This document shows positions 1-15,625 of a stretch of 64,000 nucleotides of DNA, one piece after another (positions within the stretch are counted from its first letter, which is position 1; each line of letters begins with the position of its first letter). Where the stretch lies: the NCBI RefSeq assembly GCF_009914755.1, contig NC_060933.1; one strand, written 5' to 3'. The translations under genes were made by a program, and so were the position numbers. This DNA comes from the human T2T-CHM13v2.0 reference genome, Homo sapiens. The notes beneath the pieces were generated by a model, which was not told the DNA's origin, did no database searches, and worked only from the letters and a program-made list of their open reading frames with translations.

Positions 1-3000
1 GATTGTTTTCAATTCCTTTACACTCCATTACTTTCCATTCCATTCGGGTAGTTTCCATTCCATTCCATTGCATTCCACTCGATTCCATTGCACACGAGTT
101 GATTCCATTCCATTCCATTCCTTTGTATTCCATTCCACTTGCGTTGATTCCATTCCATTCCTTTCCATTCCATTCCATTCCCTTGCATTCCACTCGGGTT
201 GATTCCATTCCTTTCTTCCACTCCATTACATTCCCTTCCATTCCACTCAGAATGATTGATTCCATTTCATTCCATTCCATTTCAATCCATTGCAATCCAT
301 TCCAATCCATTCCATTCCATTCCATTCCACTCGAGTTGATTCCATTCCATTCCTTTCCATTCCATTCCATTCCATTCCTTTCCATTCCATTCCACTCGGG
401 TTGATTCCATTCTATTCCTTTTCATTACAATCTATTCCCTTCCATTCCACTCTGGTTGTTTCCATTCCTTTCCATTCCACTCAAACACATTCCCTTCTAT
501 TCCACTCGGAATGATTCCATTCCATTCCATTCGATTCCATTCCATTCCTTTCCACTCCATTCTATTTCGTTCCATTCAATTCTATTCCTTACCATTCCAT
601 ACCATTTCATTCCATTCCATTCCATTCCATTCCATTCCATTCCATGCCATTCCAATCGGGTTGATTCCATTCCTTTCCATTCCATTCGTGTTGAATCCAT
701 TTCATTCCATTCCATTCCATTCCGTTCCATTCCATTCCATTGCAAACGGGTTGACTCCATTCCATTCCATTGCATTCCAATTCATTCCGTTCCATTCCAT
801 TCCATTCCGTTCCATTCCATTCCATTACATTAGGATTGATTCTATTCAATTCCCTTACACTCCATTATATTCCAATCCATTCTGGTTGTTTCCATTCCAT
901 TCCATTCCATTTCACTCCATTCCATTTCACTCGGTTTGATTCCATTCCATTCCATTCCATTCCATTCCATTCCATTCCATTCCATTCCATTCCGTTCCGG
1001 ATGATTCCATTCCATTGCATTCCATTCCATTCCATTAGCCTGCACTCGGGTTGATTCCATTCCTTTCCATTCCATTCCATTCCGTTCCATTCCGTTCCAT
1101 TCCATTCTATTTGGGTTAATTCCATTCCATTCCATTGCCATCGAGTTGATTCCATTCCATTCCATTCCATTCAATTCCATTCCATTCCAGTCCTTTCCAT
1201 TCGTTTCCACTCGGGTTGATTCCATTCCATTGCATTCCATTCCATTCCTTTCCCCTGCACTCGGGTTGATTCCATTCCATTCCATTCCATTCCATTCCAT
1301 TCCATTCTATTCCATTCCATATCTTACCATTCCATTCTGTTCCGTTCCATTCCATTGCATTCCATTCCATTCCATTACTTTCTGTTCCGTTCCATTCCAT
1401 TCCATTCCATTCTATTCGGGTTAATTCCATTCCATTCCATTCGATTGCAATCGAGTTGATTCCATTCCTTTCCATTCCATTCCATTCCATTCCATTCCTT
1501 TCCATTACATTACGGTTGATTCCATTCCATTGCATTCCATTCCATTCCATTCCCCTGTACTCGGGTTGATTTCATTCCATTCCATTCCATTCCATGCCAT
1601 TCCAGTCGTTTTGATTCCATTCTTTCCATTCCATTCAAGTTGAATCCATTCCATTGCATTCCATTCCATTCGATTCCATTCGATTGCACTTGGGTTGATT
1701 CCATTACATTGCATTCCATTCCATTCCATTCCATTCCATTCCATTCCGTTCCATTCCATTCCATTACATTCGGATTGATTCTATTCAATTCCCTTACACT
1801 CCATTACATTCCATTCCATTCGGGTAGTTTCCTTTCCATTCCTTTCCATTCCTCTCCATTCCATTGCACTCGGGTTGATTCCATTCCATTCCATTCCATT
1901 CCATTCCATTCCATTCCATTCCATTCCATTCCATTCCATTGTACTCGGGTTGATTCCATTCCATTGCATTCCATTCCATTCCATTCCATTCCGTTCCATT
2001 CCATTCCATTACATTCGGATTGATTCTTTTCAACTCCCTTACTCTCCATTACATTCCTTTCCATTCGGGTTGTTCCTTTCCATTCCATTCCATTCCACTC
2101 CATTCCATTGCACTGGGGTTGATTCCATTCCATTCCATTCCATTCCATTCCGGATGATTCCATTCCATTGCATTCCGTTCCTTTACATTCCCCTGCACTC
2201 GGGTTGATTCCATTCCATTCCATTCCATTCCATTCGATTCCATTCCATGCCCCTGCACTCGCGTTTATTCCATTCCATTCCATTCCATTCCATTCCATTC
2301 CATTCCATTCCATTCCATTGCTTTCCGTTCCATTCCATTCCATTCCATTCCATTCCGTTCCGTTTAATTCCATTCCATTCCATTCTATTCGGGTTAATTC
2401 CATTCCATTCCATTCGATTGCAATCGAGTTGATTCCATTCCATTCCATTCCATTCCATTCCATTCCATTCCATTCCATTCCTTTCCATTAAATTACGGAT
2501 GATTCCATTCCATTGCATTCCATTCCATTCCATTCCCCTGTACTCGGGTTGATTCCATTCTATTCCATTCCAATCCATGCCATTCCACTCGTGTTGATTC
2601 CATTCTTTCCATTCCATTCAAGTTGAATCCGTTTCATTGCATTCCATTCCATTCGATTCCATTCGATTGCACTCGGGTTGATTGCATTCCATTGCATTCC
2701 ATTCTATTCCATTCCATTCCATTCCTTTCCATTCCATCTCATTACATTCAGATTGATTCTATTCAATTCCCTTACACTCCATTATATTCCGATCCATTCT
2801 GGTTGTTTCCATTCCATTCCATTCTGTTTCACTCCATTCCATTGCACTCGGGTTAATTCCATTCCATTCCATTCCGAATGATTCCATTCCATTGCATTCC
2901 ATTCCATTCCATTCCCCTGCACTCGGGTTGATTCCATTCCATTCCATTACATTACATTCCGTTCCATTCCATTCCATTAAATTCGGATTGATTCTATTCA

Positions 3001-6000
3001 ATTCCCTTACACTTTATTACATTCCATTCCATTCGGGTAGTTTCCATTCCATTCCATTCCATTCTTCTCCATTCCATTGCACTCGGGTTGATTCCATTCC
3101 ATTCCATTCCATTCCATTCCATTCCATTCCATTCCATTCCATTCCATTGTACTCGGGTTGATTCCATTCCATTGCATTCCATTGCATTCCATTCCATTCC
3201 ATTGCATTCCGTTCCATTCCATTCCATTACATTCGGATTGATTCTATTCAACTCCCTTACTCTCCATTACATTCCATTCCATTCGGGTTGTTCCATTCCA
3301 TTCCATTCCATTCCACTACATTCCATTGCACTCGGGTTGAATCCATTCCTTTCCATTCCATTCCATTCCATTCCATTCCATTCCATTCCATTCGATTCCA
3401 TTCCATTCCAATTCTTTCCATTCCATTCTATTCCGTACCATTCGATTCCATTCCATACAATTCCATTCCATTCCATTCCATTCCATTCCATTCCATTCTA
3501 TTCCGTTCCGTTCAGTTCCGTTCCATACCATTCTATTCCATTCTATTCGGGTTAATTCCATTCCATTCTATTCCATTCCATTCCATTCTATTCCATTCCA
3601 TTGCAATCGAGTTGAATCCATTGCATTCCATTCCATTCCATTCCATTCCAGAAGATTCCATTCCATTGCATTCCATTCCATTCCATTCCCCTGCACTCGC
3701 GTTGATTCCATTCCATTCCGTTCCGTTCTGTTCCATTCCATTCCATTCCATTGCATTCCATTCCATTCCATTCCGTTCGTTCCGTTCCGTTCCATTCCAT
3801 TCCATTCTATTCGGGTTAATTCCATTCCATTCCATTCGATTGCAATCGAGTTGATTCCATTCCATTCCATTCCATTACATTCCGTTCTATTCCATTCCAT
3901 TACATTCTATTCGGGTTAATTCCATTCCATTCCATTCCACTCCATTCCAGTCCTTTCCATTCCATTCCACTCGGGTTGATTCCATTCTATTCCTTTCCAT
4001 TCCATTCCATTGCAATCGAGTTGATTCCATTCGAGTTGAATCCATTCCATTCCATTCCATTCCATTCCTTTGCACACGGGTTCATTGCAATCCATTCCAT
4101 TCCATTCCATTCCATTCCATTCCATTCCATTCCATTCCATTCCGTGCCATTCCATTATGGTTGATTCCATTCCTTTCCATTCTATTCGGGTTGAACACAT
4201 TCCATTCCATTCCATTGCATTCGAATCCATTCCATTGCACTCGGGTTGATTCCATTCCATTTCACTCCATTCCATTGCACTCGGTTTGATTCCATTGCAT
4301 TCCATTCCATTCCATTCCATTCCATTCCGGATGATTCCTTTCCATTGCATTGCATTCCATTCCATTAGCCTGCACTCGGGTTGATTCCATTCCTTTCCAT
4401 TCCATTCCATTCCATTCCATTCCATTCCATTCCATTCCATTGAAATCGAGTTGATTCCATTCCATTCCATTCCATTCAATTCCATTCCATTCCAGTCCTT
4501 TCCATTCCTTTCCACTCGGGTTGATTCCATTCCATTGCATTCCATTCCATTCTATTCCCCTGCACTCGGGTTGATCATTCCATTCCATTCCATTCCATTC
4601 CATTCCATTCCATTCCATTCCATTCCATATCATTCCATTCCATTCCATTCCATTCCATTCCATTCCATTCCATTCCGTTCCTTTCCATTCCATTCCATTC
4701 TATTCGAGTTAATTCCATTCCATTCCATTCCATTGCAATCGAGTTGATTCCATTCCATTCCATTCCATTCCATTCCAGTCCAGTCCTTTCCATTCCATTC
4801 CACTCGGGTTGATTCCATTCTATTCATTTCCATTCCATTCCATTCCCTTGCATTCCACTCTGGTTGATTCCATTCCTTTCCATTCCACTCGAATAAATTC
4901 CCTTGTATTCCAGTCGGAATGATTCCATTCCTTTCCATTCTGTTCCACTCCATTCCATTCCATTCCATTCCATTCCATACCGTTCCATTCCATTCTGTTC
5001 CGTACCATTCCATTCCATTCCATTCCATTCCATTCCATTCCATGCCATTGCACTCGGGTTGATTCCATTCCGTTCCATTCCATTCGATTCCATTCCTTAC
5101 CATTTCATTCCATTCCATTCCGTTCCATTCCATTCCATTACACTCTGATTGATTGTTTTCAATTCCTTTACACTCCATTACTTTCCATTCCATTCGGGTA
5201 GTTTCCATTCCATTCCATTGCATTCCACTCGATTCCATTGCACACGAGTTGATTCCATTCCATTCCATTCCTTTGTATTCCATTCCACTTGCGTTGATTC
5301 CATTCCATTCCTTTCCATTCCATTCCATTCCCTTGCATTCCACTCGGGTTGATTCCATTCCTTTCTTCCACTCCATTACATTCCCTTCCATTCCACTCAG
5401 AATGATTGATTCCATTTCATTCCATTCCATTTCAATCCATTGCAATCCATTCCAATCCATTCCATTCCATTCCATTCCACTCGAGTTGATTCCATTCCAT
5501 TCCTTTCCATTCCATTCCATTCCATTCCTTTCCATTCCATTCCACTCGGGTTGATTCCATTCTATTCCTTTTCATTACAATCTATTCCCTTCCATTCCAC
5601 TCTGGTTGTTTCCATTCCTTTCCATTCCACTCAAACACATTCCCTTCTATTCCACTCGGAATGATTCCATTCCATTCCATTCGATTCCATTCCATTCCTT
5701 TCCACTCCATTCTATTTCGTTCCATTCAATTCTATTCCTTACCATTCCATTCCATTTCATTCCATTCCATTCCATTCCATTCCATTCCATTCCATGCCAT
5801 TCCAATCGGGTTGATTCCATTCCTTTCCATTCCATTCGTGTTGAATCCATTTCATTCCATTCCATTCCATTCCGTTCCATTCCATTCCATTGCAAACGGA
5901 TTGATTCCATTCCATTCCATTGCATTCCAATTCATTCCGTTCCATTCCATTCCATTCCGTTCCATTCCATTCCATTACATTAGGATTGATTCTATTCAAT

Positions 6001-6520
6001 TCCCTTACACTCCATTATATTCCAATCCATTCTGGTTGTTTCCATTCCATTCCATTCCATTTCACTCCATTCCATTTCACTCGGTTTGATTCCATTCCAT
6101 TCCATTCCATTCCATTCCATTCCATTCCATTCCATTCCGTTCCGGATGATTCCATTCCATTGCATTCCATTCCATTCCATTAGCCTGCACTCGGGTTGAT
6201 TCCATTCCTTTCCATTCCATTCCATTCCGTTCCATTCCGTTCCATTCCATTCTATTCGGGTTAATTCCATTCCATTCCATTGCCATCGAGTTGATTCCAT
6301 TCCATTCCATTCCATTCAATTCCATTCCATTCCAGTCCTTTCCATTCGTTTCCACTCGGGTTGATTCCATTCCATTGCATTCCATTCCATTCCTTTCCCC
6401 TGCACTCGGGTTGATTCCATTCCATTCCATTCCATTCCATTCCATTCCATTCTATTCCATTCCATATCTTACCATTCCATTCTATTCCGTTCCATTCCAT
6501 TGCATTCCATTCCATTCCAT
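1..6520 (+). repeat. ~5.15-kb higher-order repeat: unit 1-5150 plus partial copy 5151-~6520
   Basis: 1-~1375 recurs at 5151-~6520 with only a handful of substitutions and one pentamer indel. ORFs 3..404 and 5153..5554 are identical, and ATCTTACC occurs at 1321 and 6466. The copies diverge after ~1375/6520. Confidence 0.9.
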
Positions 6521-7136
6521 TCCATTCCATGCCATGCCATTCCGCTCGGGTTGATTCCATTCCTTTCCATTCCATTCGAGTTGAATCCATTCCTTTCCAT
6601 TCCATTCGAGTTGAATGCATTCCATTCCATTCCATTCCATTCCATTCCATTCCTTTCCTTTGCATTCCATTCCATTACATTCGGATTGATTCTATTCAAC
6701 TCACTTACTCTCCATTACATTCCATTCCATTCGGGTTGTTCCATTCCATTCCATTCCACTCCATTCCATTGCACTCGGGTTGATTCCATTCCATTCCATT
6801 CCATTCCATTCCGGATGATTCCATTCCATTGCATTCCGTTCCATTATATTCCCCTGCACTCGCGTTGATTCCATTCCATTCCATTCCATTCCATTCCATT
6901 CCATTCCATTGCAATTCGTTCCATACCATTCTATTCCGTACCATTCCATTCCATTCCATACCGTTCCATTCCATTGCATTCCATTCCATTCCATTCCATT
7001 CCATTCCGTTCCATTCCATTCCATTCCATTCTATTCGGGTTAATTCCATTCCATTCCATTCCATTCCATTCTATTCCATTCCATTGCAATCGAGTGAATC
7101 CATTGCTTTTCATTCCATTCCATTCCATTCCATTCC

Positions 7137-7151
7137 ATTCCGGAAGATTCC
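7137..7151. promoter_or_regulatory. Consensus three-unit heat-shock element aTTCc-gGAAg-aTTCc (left-arm representative)
   Basis: Exact match to nTTCnnGAAnnTTCn. This is a motif match only. Confidence 0.55.
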
Positions 7152-9469
7152 ATTCCATTGCATTCCATTCCATTCCATTCCCCTGTACTCGGGTTGATTC
7201 CATTCCATTCCATTCCAATCCATGCCATTCCACTCGTGTTGATTCCATTCTTTCCATTCCATTCAAGTTTAATCCATTCCATTGCATTCCATTCCATTCG
7301 ATTCCATTCGATTGCACTCGGGTTGATTCCATTCCATTGCATTCCATTCCAATCCATTCCATTCCATTCCATTCCGCTCCATTCCATTCCATTACATTCG
7401 GATTGATTCTATTCAATTCCCTTACACTCCGTTACATTCCATTCCATTCGGGTAGTTTCCATTCCACTCCATTCCATTCTTTCCGTTCCATTCCATTCCA
7501 TTCCATTCAATTCTATTCGTGTTAATTCCATTCCATTCTATTCCATTCCATTCCATTGAAATCGAGTTGATTCCATTCCATTCCATTCCATTGCATTCCA
7601 TTCCATTCCATTCCCCTGGACTCGGGTTGATTCCATTCCATTCCATTCCATTACATTCCGTTCCATTCCATTCCATTCCATTCTATTTGGGTTAATTCCA
7701 TTCCATTCCATTCCACTCCATACCAGTCCTTTTCATTCCATTCCACTCGGGTTGATTCCATTCTACTCCTTTCCATTCCATTCAATTCCATTGCAATCGA
7801 GTTGATTCCATTCGAGTTGAATCCATTCCATTCCATTCCATTCCATTCCATTGCACACGGGTTCATTCCATTCCATTCCATTCCATTTCATTCCATTCCA
7901 TTCCATTCCATTTCATTCCATTCCATTCTGTTCCGTACCATTCCATTCCATCCCATTCCATTCCATTCTATTCCATGCCATTACACTCGGGTTGATTCCA
8001 TTCCTTTCCATTCCATTCTTCTTGAATCCATTCCATTCCATTCTATTCCATTCGAATCCATTCCATTGCGCTCGGGTTGATTCCATTCCATTCCATTCCA
8101 TTCCATTTCATTCCATTCCATTACATTACATTCGGATTGATTCTATTCAATTCCCTTACACTGCATTACATTCCATTCCATTCGGGATGTTTCCATTCCA
8201 TTCCATTCCACTCCAGTCCATTGCATCGGGTTGATTGCATTCCATTCCAATCCATTCCATTCTGGATGATTCCATTCCATTGCATTCCATTCCATTCCAT
8301 CACCCTGCACTCGGGTTGATTCCATTCCATTCCATTCGATTCCATTCCATTGCAATTCGTTCCATTCCATTCTAATCCGTACCATTCCATTCCATTCCAT
8401 TCCATACCATTCCATTCCATTCCATTCCATTCCATTCCATTCCATTCCATTCCCTTCCATTCCTTTCCATTCCATTCCATTCCATTCTATCCGGGTTAAT
8501 TCCATTCCATTCCATTCCATTCCATTCTATTCCATTCCATTGCAATCGAGTTGAATCCATTGCATTCCCTTCCATTCCTTTCCATTCCATTCCATTCCAT
8601 TCCGGAAGATTCCATTCCATTGCATTCCATTCCATTCCATGCCCCTGCACTCGCGTTGATTCCATTCCATTCCATTCCATTCCATTCCATTCCATTCCAT
8701 TCCGTTCGGTTCCGTTCCATTCCATTCCATTCCATTGTATTCGGGTTTATTCCATTCCATTCCATTCCATTGGAATCGAGTTGATTCCATTCCATTCCAT
8801 TCCATTCCATTCCATTCCATTCCTTTCCATTCCATTACAGATTATTCCATTCCATTGCATTCCATTCCATTACATTCCCCTGCACTCGGGTTGATTCCAT
8901 TCCATTGCATTCCATTCCATTCGATTCCATTCTATTCCAATTCTATCCATTCCATTCTATTCCGTACCATTCCATTCCATTCCATACAATTCCATTCCAT
9001 TCCATTCCATTCCATTCCATTCCGTTCCGTTCCGTTCCGTTCCGTTCCATTCAATTCCATTCCATTCTATTCGGGTTAATTCCATTCCATTCCATTACAT
9101 TGCAATCGAGTTGATTCCATTCCATTCCATTCCATTCCATTCCATTCCACTCCATTCCAGTCTTTTCCATTCCATTACACTCGGGTTGATTCCATTCTAT
9201 TCCTTTCCATTCCATTCCATTCCATTGCAATCGATTTGATTCCATTGCTTTGCATTCCATTCCACTCCATTCCATTCCGGATGATTCCATTCCATTGCAT
9301 TCCATTCCATTCCATTCCCCTGCACTCGGTTTGATTCCATTCCATTCCACTGAATTCCGTTCCATTCCATTCCATTCCATTGTATTCGGGTTAATTCGAT
9401 TCCATTCCATTCCTTTCCATTCCATTCCATTCCATTCCATTCCCCTGCACTCGGGTTGATTCCATTCCA

Positions 9470-11510
9470 TTCCATTCCATTCCATTGCATTCCATTCCAT
9501 TCCATTCCATTCCATTCCCCTGCACTCGGGTTCATTCCATTCCATTCCATTTACTTCCATTCCATTCCATTCCATTCCATTCCATTCCATTCTATTCGGG
9601 TTAATTCCATTCCATTCCATTCCATTCCATTCCATTCCGTTCCATTCCATTCCATTCCATTCCATTGCAATCGAGTTGATTCCATTCCATTCCATTCAAT
9701 TCCGGATGATTCCATTCCATTGCCTTCAATTCCATTCCATTTCCCTGCACTCGGGTTGATTCCATTCCATTCCATTCCATTTCATTCCATTCCATTTCGT
9801 TCCATTCCATTCTATTCCATACCATTCCATTCCATTCCATTCCATTCCATACCATTCTATTCCGTTCCATTCCATTCCATTCCATTCCATTCCATTCCAT
9901 TCCATTTCATTCCATTCCATTTCGTTCCATTCCATTCTATTCCGTACCATTCCATGCCATTCCATTCTATTCCATTCCATTCCATTCTATTCCATTCCAC
10001 TCCATTCCATGCCATTCCACTCGGGTTGATTCCATTGCCTTCCATTCCATTCGAGTTGAATCCATTCCATTCCATTCCATTCCATTCCATTCCATTCCAT
10101 TCCATTGCACACGGGTTCACTCCATTCCATTCCATTCCATTCCATTCCATTCCATTTCGTTCCATTCCATTCTATTCTGTACCATTCCATTCCATTCAGT
10201 TCCACTCCATTCCATGCCATTCCACTCGGGTTTATTCCATTTCTTTTCATTCCATTCGGGTTGATTCCATTCCATTCCATTCCATTCCATTCCATTCCAT
10301 TCCTTTCGATTCCATTACATTGCACTCGGGATGATTCCATTCCATTCCATTCCATCCTATTCCATTCCATTCCATGACACTCCACTCGGGTTGATTCCAT
10401 TCCTTTCCATTCCATTCGGGTTGAACCCATTCCAATCCATTCCACTCCATTCCATTCCATTCCATTCCAGTCCATTCCATTCCATTCCATTCCATTCCAT
10501 TCCATTCCATTGCACACGATTTCATTCCACTCCATTCCATTCCATTCCATTCCATTCCATTCCATTCCATTTTGCTCCATTCCATTCTATTCCGTACCAT
10601 TCCATTCCATTCCATTCCATTCCATTCCATTCCATTCCATGCCATTCTACTCGGGTTGATTCCATTCCTTTCCATTCCATTCGTGTAGAACCCATTCCAT
10701 TCCATTCCATTCCATTCCATTCCATTCCATTCCATTGCACACGGGTTCATTTCATTCCATTCCATTCCATTCCATTCCATTCCATTCCATTTCGTTCCAT
10801 TCCATTCTATTCCATACCATTCCATTCCATTCCATTCCATTAGACTCCATTCCATGCCATTCCACTCGGGTTTATTCCATTCCTTTCCATTCCATTCGGG
10901 TTGAATCCATTCCATTCCATTCCATTCCATTCCATTCCATTCGGTTCCATTACATTGCACTCGTGTTGTTTCCATTCCATTCCATTCCATTCCATTCCAT
11001 TCCATTCCATTCCATTCCATGCCATTCCACTCGGGTTGATTCCATTCCATTCTATTCCATTCGAGTCGAACCCATTCCATTCCATTCCATTCCATTGCAT
11101 TCCATTCCATTCCAATCCATTGCACACGTTTTCATTCCATTCCTTTCCATTCCATTCTATTCCATTTCGTTCCATTCCATTCTATTCCGTACCATTCCAT
11201 TCCATTCCATTCCATTCAACTCCATTTCATTCCATTCCATGCCATTCCACTCGGGTTTATTCCATTCCTTTCCATTCCATTCATGTTGAATCCATTCCTT
11301 TCCATTCCATTCCGTTCAATTCCATTCCATTGCACTCGGGTTGATTCCATTCCATTCCATGCCATTCCATTTCATTCCGTTCCATTCCATTCCATTACAT
11401 TCGGATTGATTCTTTTCAATTCTCTTACACTCCATTATATTCCATTCCATTCGGGTAGTTTCCATTCCATTCGATTCCATTCCTCTCCATTCCATTGCAC
11501 TCGGGTTGAT
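9470..11510 (+). repeat. Dispersed direct duplication, copy A (partner 26205-27850)
   Basis: Rare variants shared in the same order: ATTTACTTCC (9549/26281), TGCCTTCAAT, CCATCCTAT..CCATGACAC (~10355-10380/~26690-26717), TAGACTCC (10841/27178), TCGAGTCGAACCC (11061/27408). Confidence 0.85.
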
Positions 11511-13159
11511 TCCACTCCATTGCATTCCATTCCATTCCATTCAATTCCACTCTGTTCCATTCCATTCCATTACATTCGGATTGAGTCTATTCAACTCCCT
11601 TACTCTCCATTACATTCCATTCCATTCGGGTTGTTCCATTCCATTCCATTCCATTCCACTCCATTCCATTGCACTCGGGTTGATTCCATTCCATTCCATT
11701 CCATTCCATTCCATTCCATTCCATTCCATTCCGGATGATTCCATTCCATTACATTCCGTTCCATTACATTCCCCTGCACTCGGGTTGATTCCATCCCATT
11801 CCATTCCATTCCATTCGATTCCATTCCATTCCAATTCTTTCCATTCCATTCTATTCCGTACCATTCCATTCCATTCCATACAATTCCATTCCATTCCATT
11901 CCATTCCGTTCCGTTCCGTTCCGTTCCGTTCCATTCCATTCCATTCCATTCCATTCTATTCGGGTTAATTCCATTCCATTCCATTCCATTCCATTCTATT
12001 CCATTCCATTGCAATCGAGTTGAATCCATTGCATTCCATTCCATTCCATTCCGGAAGATTCCATTGCATTGCATTCCATTCCATTCCATTCCTCTGCACT
12101 CGTGTTGATTCCATTCCATTCCATTCCATTCCATTCCATTCTGATCCGTTCCATTCCATTCCATTCCATTCCATTCCGTTCCGTTCCATTCCATTTCATT
12201 CCATTCCATTCTATGCGGGTTAATTCCATTCCATTCCATTTGATTGCAATCGAGTTGATTCCATTCCATTCCATTCCATTCCATTCCATTCCATTCCGTT
12301 GCATTCCATTCCATTACATTCGGACTGATTCTATTCAACTCCCTTACTCTCCATTACATTCCATTCCATTCGGTTTGTTCCATTCCATTCCATTCCATTC
12401 CACTCCATTCCATTGCACTCGGGTTGATTCCATTCCATTCCATTCCATACCATTCCATTCCATTCCATTCCATTCCATTCCATTCCGTTCCATTCCGTTC
12501 CATTCCATTCCATTCCATTCTATTCGGGTTAATTCCATTCCATTCCATTCCATTCCATTCTATTCCATTCCATTGCAATCGAGTTGAATCCATTGCATTT
12601 CATGCCATTCCATTCCATTCCATTCCATTCCGGAAGATTCCATTCCATTGCATTCCATACCATTCCATTCCCCTGCACTCGCGTTGATTCCATTCCATTC
12701 CATTCCATTCCATTCCATTCCGTTCCGTTCCGTTCCATTCCATTCTATTCCATTCCATTCCATTCCATTCCGTTCCGTTCCATTCCATTCCATTCCATTC
12801 TATTTGGGTTAATTCCATTCCATTCCATTCGATTGCAATCGAGTTGATTCCATTCCATTCCATTCCATTCCATTCCATTCCATTCCTTTCCATTACATTA
12901 CGGATGATTCCATTCCATTGCATTCCATTCCATTCCATTCCCCTGTACTCGGGTTGATTCCATTCCATTCCATTCCAATCCATGCCATTCCACTCGTATT
13001 GATTCCATTCTTTCCATTCCATTCAAGTTGAATCCATTCCATTGCATTCCATTCCATTCGATTCCATTCGATTGCACTCGGGTTGATTCCATTCCATTGC
13101 ATTCCATTCCATTCCATTCCATTCCATTCCATTCCATTCCATTCCATTCCGTTCCATTC

Positions 13160-15625
13160 CATTCCATTACATTCGGTTTGATTCTATTCAATTCCCTTAC
13201 ACTCCATTACATTCCATTCCATTCGGGATGTTTCCATTCCATTCCATTCCATTCCACTCCATTCCATTGCATCGGGTTGATTGCATTCCATTCCATTCCA
13301 TTCCGGATGATTCCATTCCATTACATTCCATTCCATTCCATTCCCCTGCACTCGGGTTGATTACATTCCATTCCATTCCCTTCCATTCCTTTCCATTCCA
13401 TTACACACGGGTTGATTCCATTCTATTCATTTCCATTCCATTCCATTCACTTCCATTCCACTCTGGTTGATTCCATTCCTTTCCATTCCACTCGAATACA
13501 TTCCCTTCTATTCCAGTCGGAATTTTTCCATTCCATTCCATTCCATTCCATTCCATTCCATTCCATTCCATTCCATATCGTTCCATTCCATTCTATTCCG
13601 TACCATTCCATTCCATTCCATTCCATTCCATTCCATTCCATTCCATTCCGGATGATTCCATTCCATTGCATTCAATTCCATTCCATTCCATTCAATTCTA
13701 TTAGCCTGCACTCGGGTTGATTCCATTCCTTTCCATTCCATTCCATTCCGTTCCATTCCGTTCCATTCCATTCTATTCGGGTTATATCCATTCCATTCCA
13801 TTGCAATCGAGTTGATTCCATTCTTTCCATTCCATTCAATTCCATTCCATTCCAGTCCTTTCCATTCCTTTCCACTCGGTTTGATTCCATTCCATTGCAT
13901 TCCATTCCATTCCATTCCCCTGCACTCGGGTTCATTCCATTCCATTCCATTCCATTCCATAACGTTCCATTCCATTCTATTCCATTCCATTCCATTCCAT
14001 TCCATTCCATTCCATTCCATGCCATTCCGCTCGGGTTGATTCCATTCCTTTCCATTCCATTCGAGTTGAATCCGTTCCATTCCATTCCATTCCATTCCAT
14101 TCCATTCCATTCTATTCCATTGCACACGTGTTCATTCCAATCCATTCTATTCCATTCCATTTCATTCCATTCCTTTCCACTCCGTTCCATTCCATTCCAT
14201 TACATTCGGATTGATTCTTTTCAATTCCCTTACACTCCATTCCATTCCATTCCATTCTGGTAGTTTACAATCCATTCCATTCCATTCCACTCCATTCCAT
14301 TGCACTCGGTTTGATTGATTCCATTTCATTGCATTCCATTGCATTCCATTCCATTCCGGATGATTCCATTCCATTGCATTCCATTCCATTCCATTCCCCT
14401 GCACTCGGGTTGATTCCATTCCATTCCATTCCATTCCATTCCATTCCGTTCCATTCCATTCCATTCCATTCCATTCTATTCGGGTTAATTCCATTCCATT
14501 CCATTCCATTGCAATCGAGTTGATTCCATTCCATTCCATTCCATTCCATTCCATTCCAGTCCTTTCCATTCCATTCCACTCGGGTTGATTCCATTCTATT
14601 CATTTCCATTCCATTCCATTCCCTTCCATTCCACTCTGGTTGATTCCATTCTTTTCCATTCCACTCGAATACATTCCCTTCTATTCCAGTCGGAATGATT
14701 CCATTCCTTTCCATTCTATTCCATTCCATTCCATTCCATTCCATTCCATTGCATTCCATTCCATTCCATACCATTCCATCCCATTCTATTCCGTACCATT
14801 CCATTCCGTTCCATTCCATTCCATTCCATTCCATTCCATTCCATTTCGTTCCATTCCATTCTATTCCATACCATTCCATTCCATTGCATTCCATGCCATT
14901 CCACTCGGGTTGATTCCATTCCATTCCATTCCATTCGGGTTGAATCCATTCCATTCCATTCCATTCCATTCCATTCCATTTCATTCCATACCATTGCACA
15001 CGGGTTGATTCCATTCCATTCCATTCCATTCGATTCCATTCCATTCCATTTCATTCCATTCCATTCCGCTCCATTCCATTCCATTACACTCTGATTGATT
15101 CTTTTCAATTCCTTTACACTCCATTACATTCCATTCCATTCGGGTAGTTAACATTCCATTCCACTGCATTCCACTCGATTCCATTGCACACGGGTTGATT
15201 GATTCCATTCCATTCCATTCCTTTGCATTCCATTCCACTTGGGTTGATTCCATTCCATTCCTTTCCATTCCTTTCCATTCCCTTGCATTCCACTCGGGTT
15301 GATTCCATTCCTTTCTTCCACTCCATTACATTCCCTTCCATTCCACTCAGAATGATTGATTCCATTCCATTCCATTCCATTTCATTCCATTGCAATCCAT
15401 TCCAATCCATTCCATTCCATTCCATTCCACTCGAGTTGATTCCATTCCATTCCTTTCCATTCCATTCCATTCCATTCCTTTCCATTCCATTCCACTCGGG
15501 TTGATTCCATTCTATTCCTTTTCATTACATTCCATTCCCTTCCATTCCAATCTGGTTGTTTCCATTCCTTTCCATTCCACTCAAATACATTCCCTTCTAT
15601 TCCATTCGGAATGATTCCATTCCAT
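13160..15625 (+). repeat. Dispersed direct duplication, copy A (partner 22700-25257)
   Basis: Shared rare variants GGAATTTTTCC (~13519/~23067), GGTTATATCC (~13780/~23318), CCATAACGTT (~13957/~23501) and TAGTTTACAA (14261/23795). Paired ORFs are offset by 9534-9633. Confidence 0.9.
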
